From NCBI GenBank assembly GCA_965218795.1, contig OZ244653.1, positions 4,384,001-4,448,000 on the forward strand: a stretch of DNA of 64,000 nt, read 5' to 3'. Within the stretch, counting starts at the first letter, position 1; the number at the start of each line of letters is the position of its first letter. The notes beneath the pieces are model-generated. The model ran no database searches and was not told the origin of the DNA. It saw only the letters and a list, made by a program, of their open reading frames with translations. The position numbers and the translations under genes were made by a program. Shown here one piece after another: positions 30,203 to 40,389 of this stretch. The stretch comes from a bacterium (GTDB taxonomy: Bacteria; UBA8248; JACPRG01; G963555815).

Positions 30203-31366
30203 TTAGCCGTGAGGTAGAGGCTGGCGACCGATCACACCGGGCCCCACCCCAGCAGCCGCCGTCATCAGCTTCGTTTTCAGTCGCGGGCCGTTGTCTCCCA
30301 TTTCGAACTCCATAACGTCAGGAGACTTCTCGGACGGATACTCGCCGACGCACTTGTAAGGTGCCGCTCACGCCGTTCGCAATCTCTACATACTCGCGCT
30401 TCGCGCGGATGCAGGGGGGATCGTTATTATCGTCCCTGATCGGATTGCTGCTGGCGACAAGGGTCGCGCCCTCGCGAGCTTGAGAAAGAGCGTTACGCGC
30501 ATCCTCACAAATCTCAGCATCTTCGCCCTTGTCGCTCCAGCTATCGTAGGACAGGCTGCGCCACGAACAGTGATGTGGCGTCTGCAAAATATCGAATGAC
30601 AGCCAGTCGGCCCGTCGGTGGTGGCGCCGCCAGAGCTTCTCTCAAATCGCGACTTCCGCATCCCCGCCGGTCAAGAACCGGCAGCTGTCCACCGTCTGAT
30701 CGCTGGCCAACGTAAACTGAAGGATCGTGCTGGACTGATTCTTGGAGAGCGTGTCTTCCTCGTCGTCGTCGCCTTTGGGGAGCGGTCCCAGCAGCCGTGC
30801 CGTCATCGACTGGTCGTCCCGGCCGTTGACGCGCGAGAAGGTCTCGTCCACGCGAATGAGTATGGCACCCAGGTCATCGGTTTTGCCGTTCTCGTCTTCT
30901 CCGAGGATGAGGATACGGTCACCATCGCCAACCACTCCCCCGGTATCGCGAAACTTCTGAACCCGGCGACGGGCCTCGGTGTTGAATGCCTTTGCATCAT
31001 CGCAGAGAACGTGGTTGCGCGACGCACGCCGAAACACCATTGGCGAGGACCACACCTCGCGAACGAAGATTTTGTTTGCCTTCTCGGACCATTCGTCAGG
31101 CGGCCCGAGGTGAAAATGATTCCGAAGCCCGGTGCAGTGGTCCTTGTCGGGATGGCTGAGGAGCAGAACGCGTCCACATAGAGTCGCCCCTCGGAGTCGC
31201 GCTCGAGCCGTTCTCGGAGAGCGGTGGCCACATCGGGCGCGTCTTCGTCGGAATCGTCAGCGGAACTCCGAATATTGAGATCGATCAGGATGTTGCGGCC
31301 GTTTTCGGTCTTGACGAGCGTCATGTCGCCGTTGCCAACCGGGAAAAATGACAGAGTGCCAGTCAT
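30203..31366 (-). pseudogene. metallo-beta-lactamase-fold hydrolase (ComEC-like) with two frameshifts and one nonsense codon
   Basis: FFPVGNGD, SHPDKDH, TGGD, PHHCS; reconstructed C-terminus ...AAAGVGPGVIGRQPLPHG*. Confidence 0.85.
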
Positions 31367-31449
31367 AGTATGGAATCTCCAAGATTCAAGTTGATTTCAT
31401 CTACCTCGTCTCTATTTATGTTCGATATTCACACTGTAAAGGCAATAAT

Positions 31450-31478
31450 TTGACATATAATGTGTGATCGGTCATAGT
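31450..31478 (+). promoter_or_regulatory. sigma70-like promoter in the divergent intergenic region
   Basis: TTGACA-17nt-CATAGT. Confidence 0.45.
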
Positions 31479-31537
31479 CAGATGTATTTAGGCACGGGGG
31501 AAAAGGCCCTCTGTCAGAGATCAAGGAGATATCAGTC

Positions 31538-32776
31538 ATGGACCCGACCAAGCTTGGACGTCGACTACGATTAGCCCGCGAAGCCCGGGGGCTCAGCCAG
31601 CAGGCGGCGGCCAATGCAATCAGTGCGCCACGGACTGCAATCACTCAGATGGAGGCAGGAAACCGTTCCGTCTCGACGCTGGAGCTGACGCAGCTCGTCG
31701 AACTCTATCGCCGCCCCGTGACTTACTTTCTTGAAGAGGCCGTTCATGCGGAGGAAGAGGACGTTCTTGTTGCTTTGCATCGGGTGGCCCCTGGCCTGGA
31801 ACGGGACCCAGGTGTCCGCGAACAAGTGGACCGATGCCTCAGTCTATGTCGCGAAGGCGTAACTCTGGCAACCGTCTTGGGTCTGAGCCCTCGATCCGGA
31901 CCCCCGGCGTATGAGATGCGCATTCCTCGCACGGCGGGTGAGGCAATCACCCAAGGAGAGCAGGTGGCCCATGATGAAAGACACCGCCTCAGCATTGGAG
32001 TTTCACCTATTCCTGACGTGTCAGAGCTGCTCAGTGCGCAAGGGATTTGGGCATCCGGTATCGAACTACCCAATCAAATGTCGGGTCTGTTCATGCGCCA
32101 CCCTTCGATTGCACTGGCGGTCGTTGTAAACGCGTCCCATCCGCGTGGTCGGAAGCGTTTTTCCTATGCTCATGAGTATGCGCACGCCCTGTTGGACAGA
32201 GAGCACAACATAACGATTTCCAGCATTGACAATTCGGCGGAACTTATGGAGAAGCGGGCAAACGCATTTGCCGCGGCCTTTCTTATGCCGAGAGACGGTG
32301 TGTATGAGTTTCTGAGAAGCTTGGACAAGGGGCTTCCAAGCCGTCAGGAGCAAACAATCTTTGATGTCGCGAGTGGCGGGCAGATCGAAGCCGAATCTCG
32401 TACGGCGCCCCGTTCTCAGCGAATCACCTACAAAGATGTAGCACTCCTTGCACACCATTTCGGCGTAAGCTATCAGGCTGCGCTGTATAGGCTAAAGAGT
32501 CTTGGGCACATTTCCCATCCAGAGTCTCACGATCTCCTGGAACAGGACGACTTCGGACGCCAGTATCTGGATATGCTGAGGATGTCCGACGATGTTGAAG
32601 TGCAAGAACAGCGGGAATACTGGGATCGTGAACTGCGCAGCGAAATCGCTCATCTTGCTATCGAAGCTTACCGGCGTGAGGAAATTTCCCGTGGACGCCT
32701 ACTGGAACTGAGTAAGAGCCTCGGCATTCCGGGAGAAACCCTCCTTGAACTGGCAGAAGTGGCCCGCGGGGAATGA
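31538..32776 (+). CDS. XRE-HTH fused to ImmA/IrrE (M78) Zn peptidase
   Basis: RLRLAREARGLSQ HTH; RFSYAHEYAH; EKRANAFAAAFLMP. Confidence 0.92.
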   Translation: MDPTKLGRRLRLAREARGLSQQAAANAISAPRTAITQMEAGNRSVSTLELTQLVELYRRPVTYFLEEAVHAEEEDVLVALHRVAPGLERDPGVREQVDRCLSLCREGVTLATVLGLSPRSGPPAYEMRIPRTAGEAITQGEQVAHDERHRLSIGVSPIPDVSELLSAQGIWASGIELPNQMSGLFMRHPSIALAVVVNASHPRGRKRFSYAHEYAHALLDREHNITISSIDNSAELMEKRANAFAAAFLMPRDGVYEFLRSLDKGLPSRQEQTIFDVASGGQIEAESRTAPRSQRITYKDVALLAHHFGVSYQAALYRLKSLGHISHPESHDLLEQDDFGRQYLDMLRMSDDVEVQEQREYWDRELRSEIAHLAIEAYRREEISRGRLLELSKSLGIPGETLLELAEVARGE

Positions 32777-32785
32777 GCCGACGGC

Positions 32786-33307
32786 ATGGTCCATGCGAAC
32801 CCATCAATCATAGTTACGGATACTTCCGTTCTTGTGAACTTTCTTCGGATTGATCGAATGGACCTGATTGCCGGCCACTCCCATGACTTTATTGCCACGG
32901 ATCACGTTGCCGATGAGATTACGGATCACTATCTCCAGATCAACGAGCGCGCTTTGCGGCCGCGCTGGTATGCCGGCACACTCCAACAGGTCAGTATCAC
33001 AGACCCAACGGAAATGGCATTATTGGGGAGTCTTGCCGCTTTGGGCCGACTGGGTGTGGGTGAGTGTTCCGCAATTGCCTTGGCCGCACATCAGGGACAT
33101 GTCTTGGCCATAGATGACCGAGTTGCTTCAAACCAAGCCCGCCGCGTCAGCCGGAATATCCAAATTCTTACAACCCAGGACCTCATGGTTTCGATGATCC
33201 GCCAAAACTTGTTGGATGTCCCGCAAGCAGATGCGATCAAGGACGAATGGACCAATCACCATCGGTTCCGTCTTACAGTCCAAAGCTTTGCGTATCTGGT
33301 TCCGTGA
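32786..33307 (+). CDS. PIN-domain protein
   Basis: VTDTSVLVNF, LGVGECSAIALA, LAIDD. Confidence 0.85.
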   Translation: MVHANPSIIVTDTSVLVNFLRIDRMDLIAGHSHDFIATDHVADEITDHYLQINERALRPRWYAGTLQQVSITDPTEMALLGSLAALGRLGVGECSAIALAAHQGHVLAIDDRVASNQARRVSRNIQILTTQDLMVSMIRQNLLDVPQADAIKDEWTNHHRFRLTVQSFAYLVP

Positions 33308-33309
33308 AG

Positions 33310-33603
33310 ACAACGGCAGACAGCCTTCGCATCGGCCATTTCCTTCTCCAGCTCCTTCAGCCGTTTCGCCTGATCCAGCTTCAGTCCGCCATACTCCTTC
33401 CGCCAGCGGTAATCAGTCTGGGTGTGGATGCCGGCTTCCTTGCAGGCTTGGGGAGCCGTCTTCCCGTTTGCGATCTGCACTTCGATCTGCCGCAGCAAGG
33501 TCACAATCTGCTCTGCTTTGTACTTTCGGATCGGCATGTCCAGCTTCCTCCTTCGTGAGATCCTCTCTCACTTCCGCTGGTTCAAAAAACGCCGGGCAGG
33601 TCA
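33310..33603 (-). mobile_element. IS3-family left end and orfA fragment
   Basis: TGACCTGCCCGGCG end; YRWRKEYGGLKLDQAKRLKELEKE. Confidence 0.8.
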
Positions 33604-33914
33604 CCTGCTTAGCCTTCCATGCTCCTCCCGTGGCCGCATCACCACCCCTGGCAATGAGTTGATCATTACCAAGATGATGCCGACCGCTTGAGACCGCCTC
33701 GAGGAAGTCGCAATCAGAATTGGTATACGCATTGACCGACGAGGACAAGGGAGATCCAAGAAACAGCATGCACCACATGAAAAATAAATCTGTCCCCTTT
33801 TCTGTTTCCATCCGTGGTAAAATAGGATGCTTTGACGTTTCATGAGGGCAGCAGGATGGCAAAAAATGGTCATCTGGGAAATCCCAGTGAAATGGTTTCT
33901 TGGAGGGGAGAACG

Positions 33915-34901
33915 ATGAAATGTTTGGCAATTGCAACGGTCTGGGCCCTCGTCCTGGGATGGACGGCGACGCAGATCTCGGCGGCGGATAAGGTGCTCTT
34001 CGTTCTGGACTGGGTCCAATATGGTTCTCACGTCGGCTATTACAACGCCCTGGAGGGGGGATTCTTCAAGAAGGCCGGGATGGACGTCACGATCCAGCGG
34101 GGCTACGGCTCGGGGGATACGATTAAGCGGATAGGGTCGAGGAAGGGCGACTTTGGATTTGCTGATGCCGGGACCCTGGTGGTCGCCCGCAGCAGGGGCA
34201 CGAAGGTCAAGAGCATTGGCGTCCTGTACAACCTGGCCCCTCACACGGCCTTCGCCCTGAAGAGTTCGGGGATCAGAACCGTAAAGGACCTCTCTGGAAG
34301 GCGTTATGGCGATGATGCGGGTGGGTCCACCTTCATCCTCTTTCCCGCGTTGGCGGCGCTCCATGGCGTGAAAGATACGAAGTTCACGAACCTCGCTCCC
34401 GCCGCCAAGGATCCCGCCCTGCTCGCCAAAAAGGTGGATTTCACCTGTACGTATTTGGACCGCCTCCCCAGCTTGCAGGCCGCAGCGGCGACGATAAACG
34501 ACGAGATCGTCGCGCTACAGTGGGCCGCCAACGGGCTGGATTTCCATGGAAACGGCATCATCGTCCACGACGACACTATCCGGGACAAACCGGATCTGGT
34601 GGGCCGCTTCGTTAACGCGGTGTTCAAGGGAGTGGCCGAGGCCATCAGGAACCGCGATCTGGCCGTCCAGAGGTTCGTGAAAAACTTCCCGGTCGCGGAT
34701 CCCAGCATGATTAACAAGCAGTGGGGGGTCCTCATTTCCCTGGCCTATAGCGACGAGACAAAGAAGATCGGTCTGGGCGGGCTGAGCGAGAAGAAGATGA
34801 ACGGGACCATCGATCTGATCACCAAGTACATGAAACTGCCGTCCAGGGCGCGTGTGACCGACATTTACGCGCCTCAATTCTTGAAGAAGATCCTTCCCTG
34901 A
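33915..34901 (+). CDS. NMT1/THI5-like ABC substrate-binding protein
   Basis: signal peptide, LDW, GYGSG, FGFAD. Confidence 0.9.
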   Translation: MKCLAIATVWALVLGWTATQISAADKVLFVLDWVQYGSHVGYYNALEGGFFKKAGMDVTIQRGYGSGDTIKRIGSRKGDFGFADAGTLVVARSRGTKVKSIGVLYNLAPHTAFALKSSGIRTVKDLSGRRYGDDAGGSTFILFPALAALHGVKDTKFTNLAPAAKDPALLAKKVDFTCTYLDRLPSLQAAAATINDEIVALQWAANGLDFHGNGIIVHDDTIRDKPDLVGRFVNAVFKGVAEAIRNRDLAVQRFVKNFPVADPSMINKQWGVLISLAYSDETKKIGLGGLSEKKMNGTIDLITKYMKLPSRARVTDIYAPQFLKKILP

Positions 34902-35009
34902 GGGGGGCGCGGAGGGGATCCAAAGGGGGCGTTCCGGGGACCGAAGTCGAGCGGATCGAGGTTCAGCTCGCGGGCGATGGAAGACCTGCTCTTTTGAACT
35001 GGAATTCCC

Positions 35010-35197
35010 GGCTTTGTTGCAACGCGAATTGCAGTGACGCGCTCATACACTTGCCAGTTGCGGACCCGATAAGATTTTTTTGTATACTTGTACTGGCTGC
35101 GTTTTGATAGTGGTGTAGCATGGTACTTTCGTCTCCGCCTAACGGGGGCTGCGATCATATACATCGCAATCCTCCAACCCGAGCATGCACCAAAGCC
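35010..35197 (-). mobile_element. internally deleted IS5/IS903-group element (MITE-like)
   Basis: termini GGCTTTGTTGCA and TGCACCAAAGCC; encodes KSYRVRNWQVYE. Confidence 0.7.
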
Positions 35198-35203
35198 CTA
35201 GAC

Positions 35204-35265
35204 TGGATTTGACCCGTTTTGATGGACACCTTCAGACTGTGCAGAGGAGGTGTTCCCATGGCTCA
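35204..35265 (+). mobile_element. IS3-family left-end scrap
   Basis: TGGATTTGACCCGTTTTGATGGACACC followed by an RBS and ATG. Confidence 0.45.
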
Positions 35266-35940
35266 GATGTTGATTCAGCTCACGATGAGGTGCCTACGGC
35301 TGCGCCAGAATACAGTGACGACGGGCGGAAGGTGAGAGGACGAACGGGAAGAAACGGAGCATCCAGGCCGGAGAGGCTCTGGTTACGATATCCGCGTCTT
35401 GGATATGGATTGCCGGTGAGCGCCCCGGTCAGAAGATCATCGCCACTATGGTCAACTGCGCCGAGGGCGCGAATCCGTCACCGTCATGGGCCTGGACCGG
35501 TGGTTCCTGAATGAACATTGCAGGGTACGGAAGTGTAACCGTAAGCGAGTTGTTGCGGCTCGGACTTTGGAAGAGGGCTACACAACGGTCCGCCAGGGAC
35601 TCGCCGAGATGCGCAGGAGTTTTAATGAATCCGCTTTCGTTTTGATTACGAGCTACGCAATGTAAGTTCCGAGCACGAGCAAGAATAATCTCTATAATTC
35701 AATAAAATCAATATGATATTGGGGTTCCACAGTCGATGTAAACAGAGCGATACACCTACCCGAACGGATGATATCTTGTAAAGGGAAAGGGGGGCCCCGG
35801 ATGCCTGCCCTCGAATGTCTTAGTCGAGGGACAGAGAGGGAGGATATCCATGACAACGGCAGACGGGCATGACCTTGGATTTCAAAGGGCCGCCGGCGGC
35901 TGGTCCTTGAATCATTCACCGAAGACCGGGGGCGAGCGAA

Positions 35941-36582
35941 ATGGCTGAAGGAACCCACGAAGAGGCGCAAGCCATATATGAAAAAGCCGGTATCACCGGC
36001 AAGGTTGGTTTCGGACGAAAGGCAGCCGTCGTGGTTGTCGATTTAAGCTTCGGTTTCACCGACCCGGAGTGCACCCTCGGGACGGATCTGACCCAGGTGG
36101 TCATGCAGAACCGGCGCCTTCTGGAAGCCGCGCGGGAGAAAGACCTCCCTATCTTTTTTACGACAGTGGCCTACCGGGGGGACATGAGCGATGCAGGCGT
36201 GTGGGCCGAAAAGTTTCCATCATTGGATACGCTGAAAGAGGGCAATCGGGACGTGGAGCTGGATGACCGGCTGGGCCGTTTGCCCTCTGAAACCCTGATC
36301 GTCAAGAAATATCCTTCGGCCTTTTTCGGCACGCCCCTCGCGAGCGAGTTGATCACACGGGGGGTGGATACCCTGATCGTCACCGGAGCGACAACGAGCG
36401 GGTGCGTCCGGGCCACGGCGGTGGATTCGCTCCAGTACGGATTTCGGACGATCCTGCCGGAAGAATGCATCGGAGACAGGGCCGAAGCCCCGCACCGTTC
36501 GAATCTGTTTGACATGGGGACGAAGTACGCCGATGTGATGTCCGCGGATGAAGTGATCGAGACAATCCAGGCGTTGTACTAG
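35941..36582 (+). CDS. isochorismatase-family amidohydrolase (N-carbamoylsarcosine/maleamate amidase-like)
   Basis: VVVD, KKYPSAFFGT, GATTSGCVRAT. Confidence 0.9.
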   Translation: MAEGTHEEAQAIYEKAGITGKVGFGRKAAVVVVDLSFGFTDPECTLGTDLTQVVMQNRRLLEAAREKDLPIFFTTVAYRGDMSDAGVWAEKFPSLDTLKEGNRDVELDDRLGRLPSETLIVKKYPSAFFGTPLASELITRGVDTLIVTGATTSGCVRATAVDSLQYGFRTILPEECIGDRAEAPHRSNLFDMGTKYADVMSADEVIETIQALY

Positions 36583-37745
36583 ATCTTCCTCCGAAACGCG
36601 CCTGCGTAGCCCGTCATTTCCACGTAGCCTTTCCCTTGGACCGGGCGCCCCTCTGCCTCGCCCCGGACCCTGACCGCTCCCTCCCAGTAGTTGACCTTCG
36701 TGCTCTTCCCGGTGGTGAGCTCCTGGGCTGAGAAGACGGGTTCCACCCGGAATGTCGCACGCCGGGATGGAATGTGGATCTTCCAGCGGATGGGATAGAT
36801 CCCCTTGGAATTCGGGCTTTTCCATTTCTTGAGCACCTCAATCCGGAAATCCTCCCGTTTCAAATGGCGGGTTGTTCCATCCGTATCGATCCACGACCCG
36901 CTCGAAAAGCGGTCAGCCGTGCCGTCCTGTTTCCGCATGATGTAAAGCATCACCTCCCGGCCGCCATCGAGTTGAATGCTGAACCAGTCCCATCCGACTT
37001 GGTCTTTCCCCAATTGGCTCGAGCCGAACTCGTGGTCCATCCAGGCGGTTCCCTGAACCCGATGGTTCCTGGCGGCGGGCCCATGCCCGACCCTGAGCGT
37101 TCCCGAGACCTCCATTCGGGTCAGGGAAATGTAATGCGACGCCTGGGGCCGGGCGCGGCCTTTGCGGCTTGTCCCGTCCGTGCCGTGGATGACCGGGGGC
37201 TTTAACGGACGCGCGATCAGATCGATTCCGTAGCGCAGACCCGGGGCCTGAAGACGGTGGGGGGCGTCCGTTCCGCGCTCCACGGCTTCGGACCGCCAGT
37301 CTTTGATCCAAACCCGGTACCGCTCCGAATTCGCCCCTGCTTCACCCAGGGCCCCCCGGCTCACCCGCTCCTCGAAATCGAACTTGCGCCGTTCAAAGTC
37401 AGAGATTGCGAAGTGCGCGAAGTAGATGTCTCGCACCGCCCAACGGGATGTAGATCGCTCGTCCCCGCCCGGTTGGGGAGGGCGGAGGGCGCTCCTGAAA
37501 AATGTCCACTGGAAGCCGAAGCTCTCGCCCGACTCGGACCGCAGATGGCCGGTGTAGTACCACCACTCGGTCTTGTAGCCGGGGTGCGAGGCGTGATCCC
37601 GCGGGAACCGGTAGGCATATCCGGGTCGGGCGATGAGAAACCCATCCGGAGTTTTCTCAAGGCTTTGGCCGGGGGATTCGGTTCCGGCGCAGAGCCAAAC
37701 GGAGGCAGCGGTCCACAGAATCAGAAATTGGATGGGTCTACTCAA
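36579..37745 (-). CDS. lipocalin-like/AttH (CrtC-like) exported protein
   Basis: FPRDH..HP..TEWWY, WMDHE, GWDW, YWEG, GYVEMTGY. Confidence 0.88.
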   Translation of the reverse strand: MSRPIQFLILWTAASVWLCAGTESPGQSLEKTPDGFLIARPGYAYRFPRDHASHPGYKTEWWYYTGHLRSESGESFGFQWTFFRSALRPPQPGGDERSTSRWAVRDIYFAHFAISDFERRKFDFEERVSRGALGEAGANSERYRVWIKDWRSEAVERGTDAPHRLQAPGLRYGIDLIARPLKPPVIHGTDGTSRKGRARPQASHYISLTRMEVSGTLRVGHGPAARNHRVQGTAWMDHEFGSSQLGKDQVGWDWFSIQLDGGREVMLYIMRKQDGTADRFSSGSWIDTDGTTRHLKREDFRIEVLKKWKSPNSKGIYPIRWKIHIPSRRATFRVEPVFSAQELTTGKSTKVNYWEGAVRVRGEAEGRPVQGKGYVEMTGYAGAFRRKI

Positions 37746-40389
37746 ACCGGAGGGCCTCCTGGATATCGATCTTCGCCGCGATTCGCGCCGGCCAGAGGGC
37801 GGCCAGGACCGCAGCGGAGAACGTCAGCAGGAAATAGCCCCCCAGCCAGGCCGGAGGCCAGTGGGGGTGGATTGTCCAGCCGAAGGATTGCTTGTTGATG
37901 ACGAAAATCAGAATCCATGCCAGGATCCCGCCGCCGGCGAGACCTTGGAGATTGGCCAAAGCGGCCATGGCTGCGGCTTCGCCCATCACCCATCGCGAGA
38001 TCTGACGCCGGTCAAAGCCAATCGCGCGGAGCAGGCCGATCTCGCGCGTTCGCTCGAAGACATTCGCCAGCAGGGCTTTCAAGAACCCCAGTACAGCGAC
38101 TACCATTGCGATGGCCTCGAGCGCGTAAGTGATGGCAAACGTTTGATCGAAGATGTTGAGGATGTGGCGGCGGAGGCGGCGGTTTTCGAAAACGGTCACG
38201 CCGTCCCGATATCCAATCGAACCGGCAAGGGTCTCCTGAACGAGGCCGGGACTTTCGCCCGGATTGATGTAGACCGCCAGCGTGCTGATGCGATCGTCGT
38301 TCCACATCCGGCGATAGAGCGACCGATCCATGATGACCAGCCCGCCATCGGTCGAGTAATCGTAGAAAATGCCGGCGATCCGGAAGATGCGGGGCCCCTG
38401 GGCCGTACGGAGGGTGATGGGATCGCCGGTCCCCAGGCCAAAGCGGGTGGAGAAGACCTCGGAAACAAGGACCTCTTTTTTGTCAATGGCGCGGTCCAAA
38501 ATGGACCGCCGGTCGCCCGAGAGGAATCTCAGACCCCCATGGTCGCGCACGACCCGCAGGTTTCCGGCGCCCAGGCGGACGCGCGAATCCTGATATGCGA
38601 TCCGGCGGGAGCGGAAGGCGCCGACAGCCAGGACTCCGGCGGTTCGGCCGGCCATCCGGTCGATTCCTTCCGGGAGCACGGCGTTCAGGTTCCCGACGAA
38701 ACGGACAGCGGGGCTGACGTACAGATCCGCCCGAAGGCGCTGACCAATCCAGGATTCCATCGTGGATCGGAAGCTGGCCACCATGAGGGACACGCTGACC
38801 ACCATGGCCATGGCAATGGCCAGGGAGGCGATAGCGACGCTGTTCTTTCCAGAAGACCGCTTCAGATCCACGAGCATGGCCGATGCGCTCCGGCTTCGCC
38901 TTGAGAACCTCCGGTAGATCGATGAAAAGATCCGGACGCTCAACGGAGTCAGAAGCGCAAACCCGAGGACGAACGCCAGGGCGGCGAGATATCCAAACAG
39001 CGGAATTCCGGAAACCGGCTCCATCCGCGTCATCACGCCGCCAAACCCCAACAGGACAAGGCCGGGAAGCGTGGTGTATCGCGCGGGCATGTGCCGGTCG
39101 GCGATCAGGTCTTTCCGCTGGAGGGACTCCCGCACGCTCATCTTCACAGCCGTTGCGGCCGGCAGGAAGGAGGAGAGCAGGGCGCATCCGGTCCCCGCCC
39201 CGACAGCGATCAGGATCTCCACGGGTGTCAGCCGGAGTTGCGCCCCACCGACCGGGACGTAGAGATTCCCGACGGTTTCGCCGACCGCATCCAAGGCCCC
39301 GCGGCCCATCAGCGTTCCCAGCAGGATCCCCAGGCCCGAGCCGAGGACTCCCAACATCGCCCCCTCCGTCAGCACGAGACCAAAAATGCCTCGGGGCGCC
39401 GCGCCCAGGGATCGGAGGACTCCCCAGGCGTGCCGCCGTCGAATCACGTTCATGCTCATGGTGTTGTAAATGATAAAGATTCCGACGAGCAACGCGATGT
39501 AGCTCAGGATCGTCAGGTTCAGCTGAAACGCCGACATCAGCTGCTCCGACTGGCGGCTGCGACGCTGCGGACGGTCCACCGTGAGGTCTCCGGGAAGAAC
39601 GGCCCGGATCCTTTCGGCCAAGGTGTCGAGCGACTGGCCTTCCTCGGGCAGAATATCGATGCGGTCCAATTCTCCGATTCGCCCGAAGGTTTCCTGCGCG
39701 GCGGCGATGTCCATCAAGGCCACCTGCCCGTCAAGGGCCGAAGCCGGGGAGGCGCTTCCGCCGCCCGCGGAGCGAAGAAGACCCTCGACGGTCAATGTCC
39801 GCCGGCGCCCGGGGCCGAGCACGACCAACGGATCTCCACGCTTCAAGCCGTGCCGCCGGGCGAATCGGTCGGTCACGAATATGGCTGTTGGCGAAAGGAG
39901 CCGCTGCAGGACTTTCTCTATCGAGGGGGATGGGTCTGCCGGGTCTGCAGAGAACATGTAATCGCGGAACGTCTGTTCAGAGAGGATATCGATTCCCAGA
40001 ACCAGCAGCGGCGCGCCGGGTGGAGCGCCGGGGCCCGGTCCGTCTTGTCCCTTCCCGGCCGTCTTCCGGGTCTCGGTCCCTGTCGGAAAGGCGGCGGCCA
40101 TGACCTGGAGAATCGGGCTGGCCAGGCGGACGCCCTGGACCTCTCGAACCTTGGGGAAGAACCCTTCGTCCAATGGCTCCCCGAACGCCGTCACCTGCAA
40201 TGCGGCGCGTCCGGCCACCGCATCGAAGGAAGCCCGAAAGCCGGCGATCGCGCCCTGGTTGGCCAGGCGAATGGCCAGGAAAGCGCCCACACCGATTGCA
40301 ACCCCGGCCACCGTCAGGACGGTCCTCGCGGGGTATTGACGGAAAGAGCGAAGGCTCATTCGCCTGATGAGAAATCCGCCGGAACTCAA
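37738..40389 (-). CDS. FtsX-like ABC permease (AttFG-like)
   Basis: duplicated MacB/FtsX architecture, INKQSFGW. Confidence 0.9.
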   Translation of the reverse strand: MSSGGFLIRRMSLRSFRQYPARTVLTVAGVAIGVGAFLAIRLANQGAIAGFRASFDAVAGRAALQVTAFGEPLDEGFFPKVREVQGVRLASPILQVMAAAFPTGTETRKTAGKGQDGPGPGAPPGAPLLVLGIDILSEQTFRDYMFSADPADPSPSIEKVLQRLLSPTAIFVTDRFARRHGLKRGDPLVVLGPGRRRTLTVEGLLRSAGGGSASPASALDGQVALMDIAAAQETFGRIGELDRIDILPEEGQSLDTLAERIRAVLPGDLTVDRPQRRSRQSEQLMSAFQLNLTILSYIALLVGIFIIYNTMSMNVIRRRHAWGVLRSLGAAPRGIFGLVLTEGAMLGVLGSGLGILLGTLMGRGALDAVGETVGNLYVPVGGAQLRLTPVEILIAVGAGTGCALLSSFLPAATAVKMSVRESLQRKDLIADRHMPARYTTLPGLVLLGFGGVMTRMEPVSGIPLFGYLAALAFVLGFALLTPLSVRIFSSIYRRFSRRSRSASAMLVDLKRSSGKNSVAIASLAIAMAMVVSVSLMVASFRSTMESWIGQRLRADLYVSPAVRFVGNLNAVLPEGIDRMAGRTAGVLAVGAFRSRRIAYQDSRVRLGAGNLRVVRDHGGLRFLSGDRRSILDRAIDKKEVLVSEVFSTRFGLGTGDPITLRTAQGPRIFRIAGIFYDYSTDGGLVIMDRSLYRRMWNDDRISTLAVYINPGESPGLVQETLAGSIGYRDGVTVFENRRLRRHILNIFDQTFAITYALEAIAMVVAVLGFLKALLANVFERTREIGLLRAIGFDRRQISRWVMGEAAAMAALANLQGLAGGGILAWILIFVINKQSFGWTIHPHWPPAWLGGYFLLTFSAAVLAALWPARIAAKIDIQEALRFE

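Noticed and set aside
19318-30644. internal TAG (DUF2493) and TGA (MBL) stops as evidence of recoding
   Set aside because: Both stop codons terminate intact genes normally in this window; single transitions from CAG and TGG explain them
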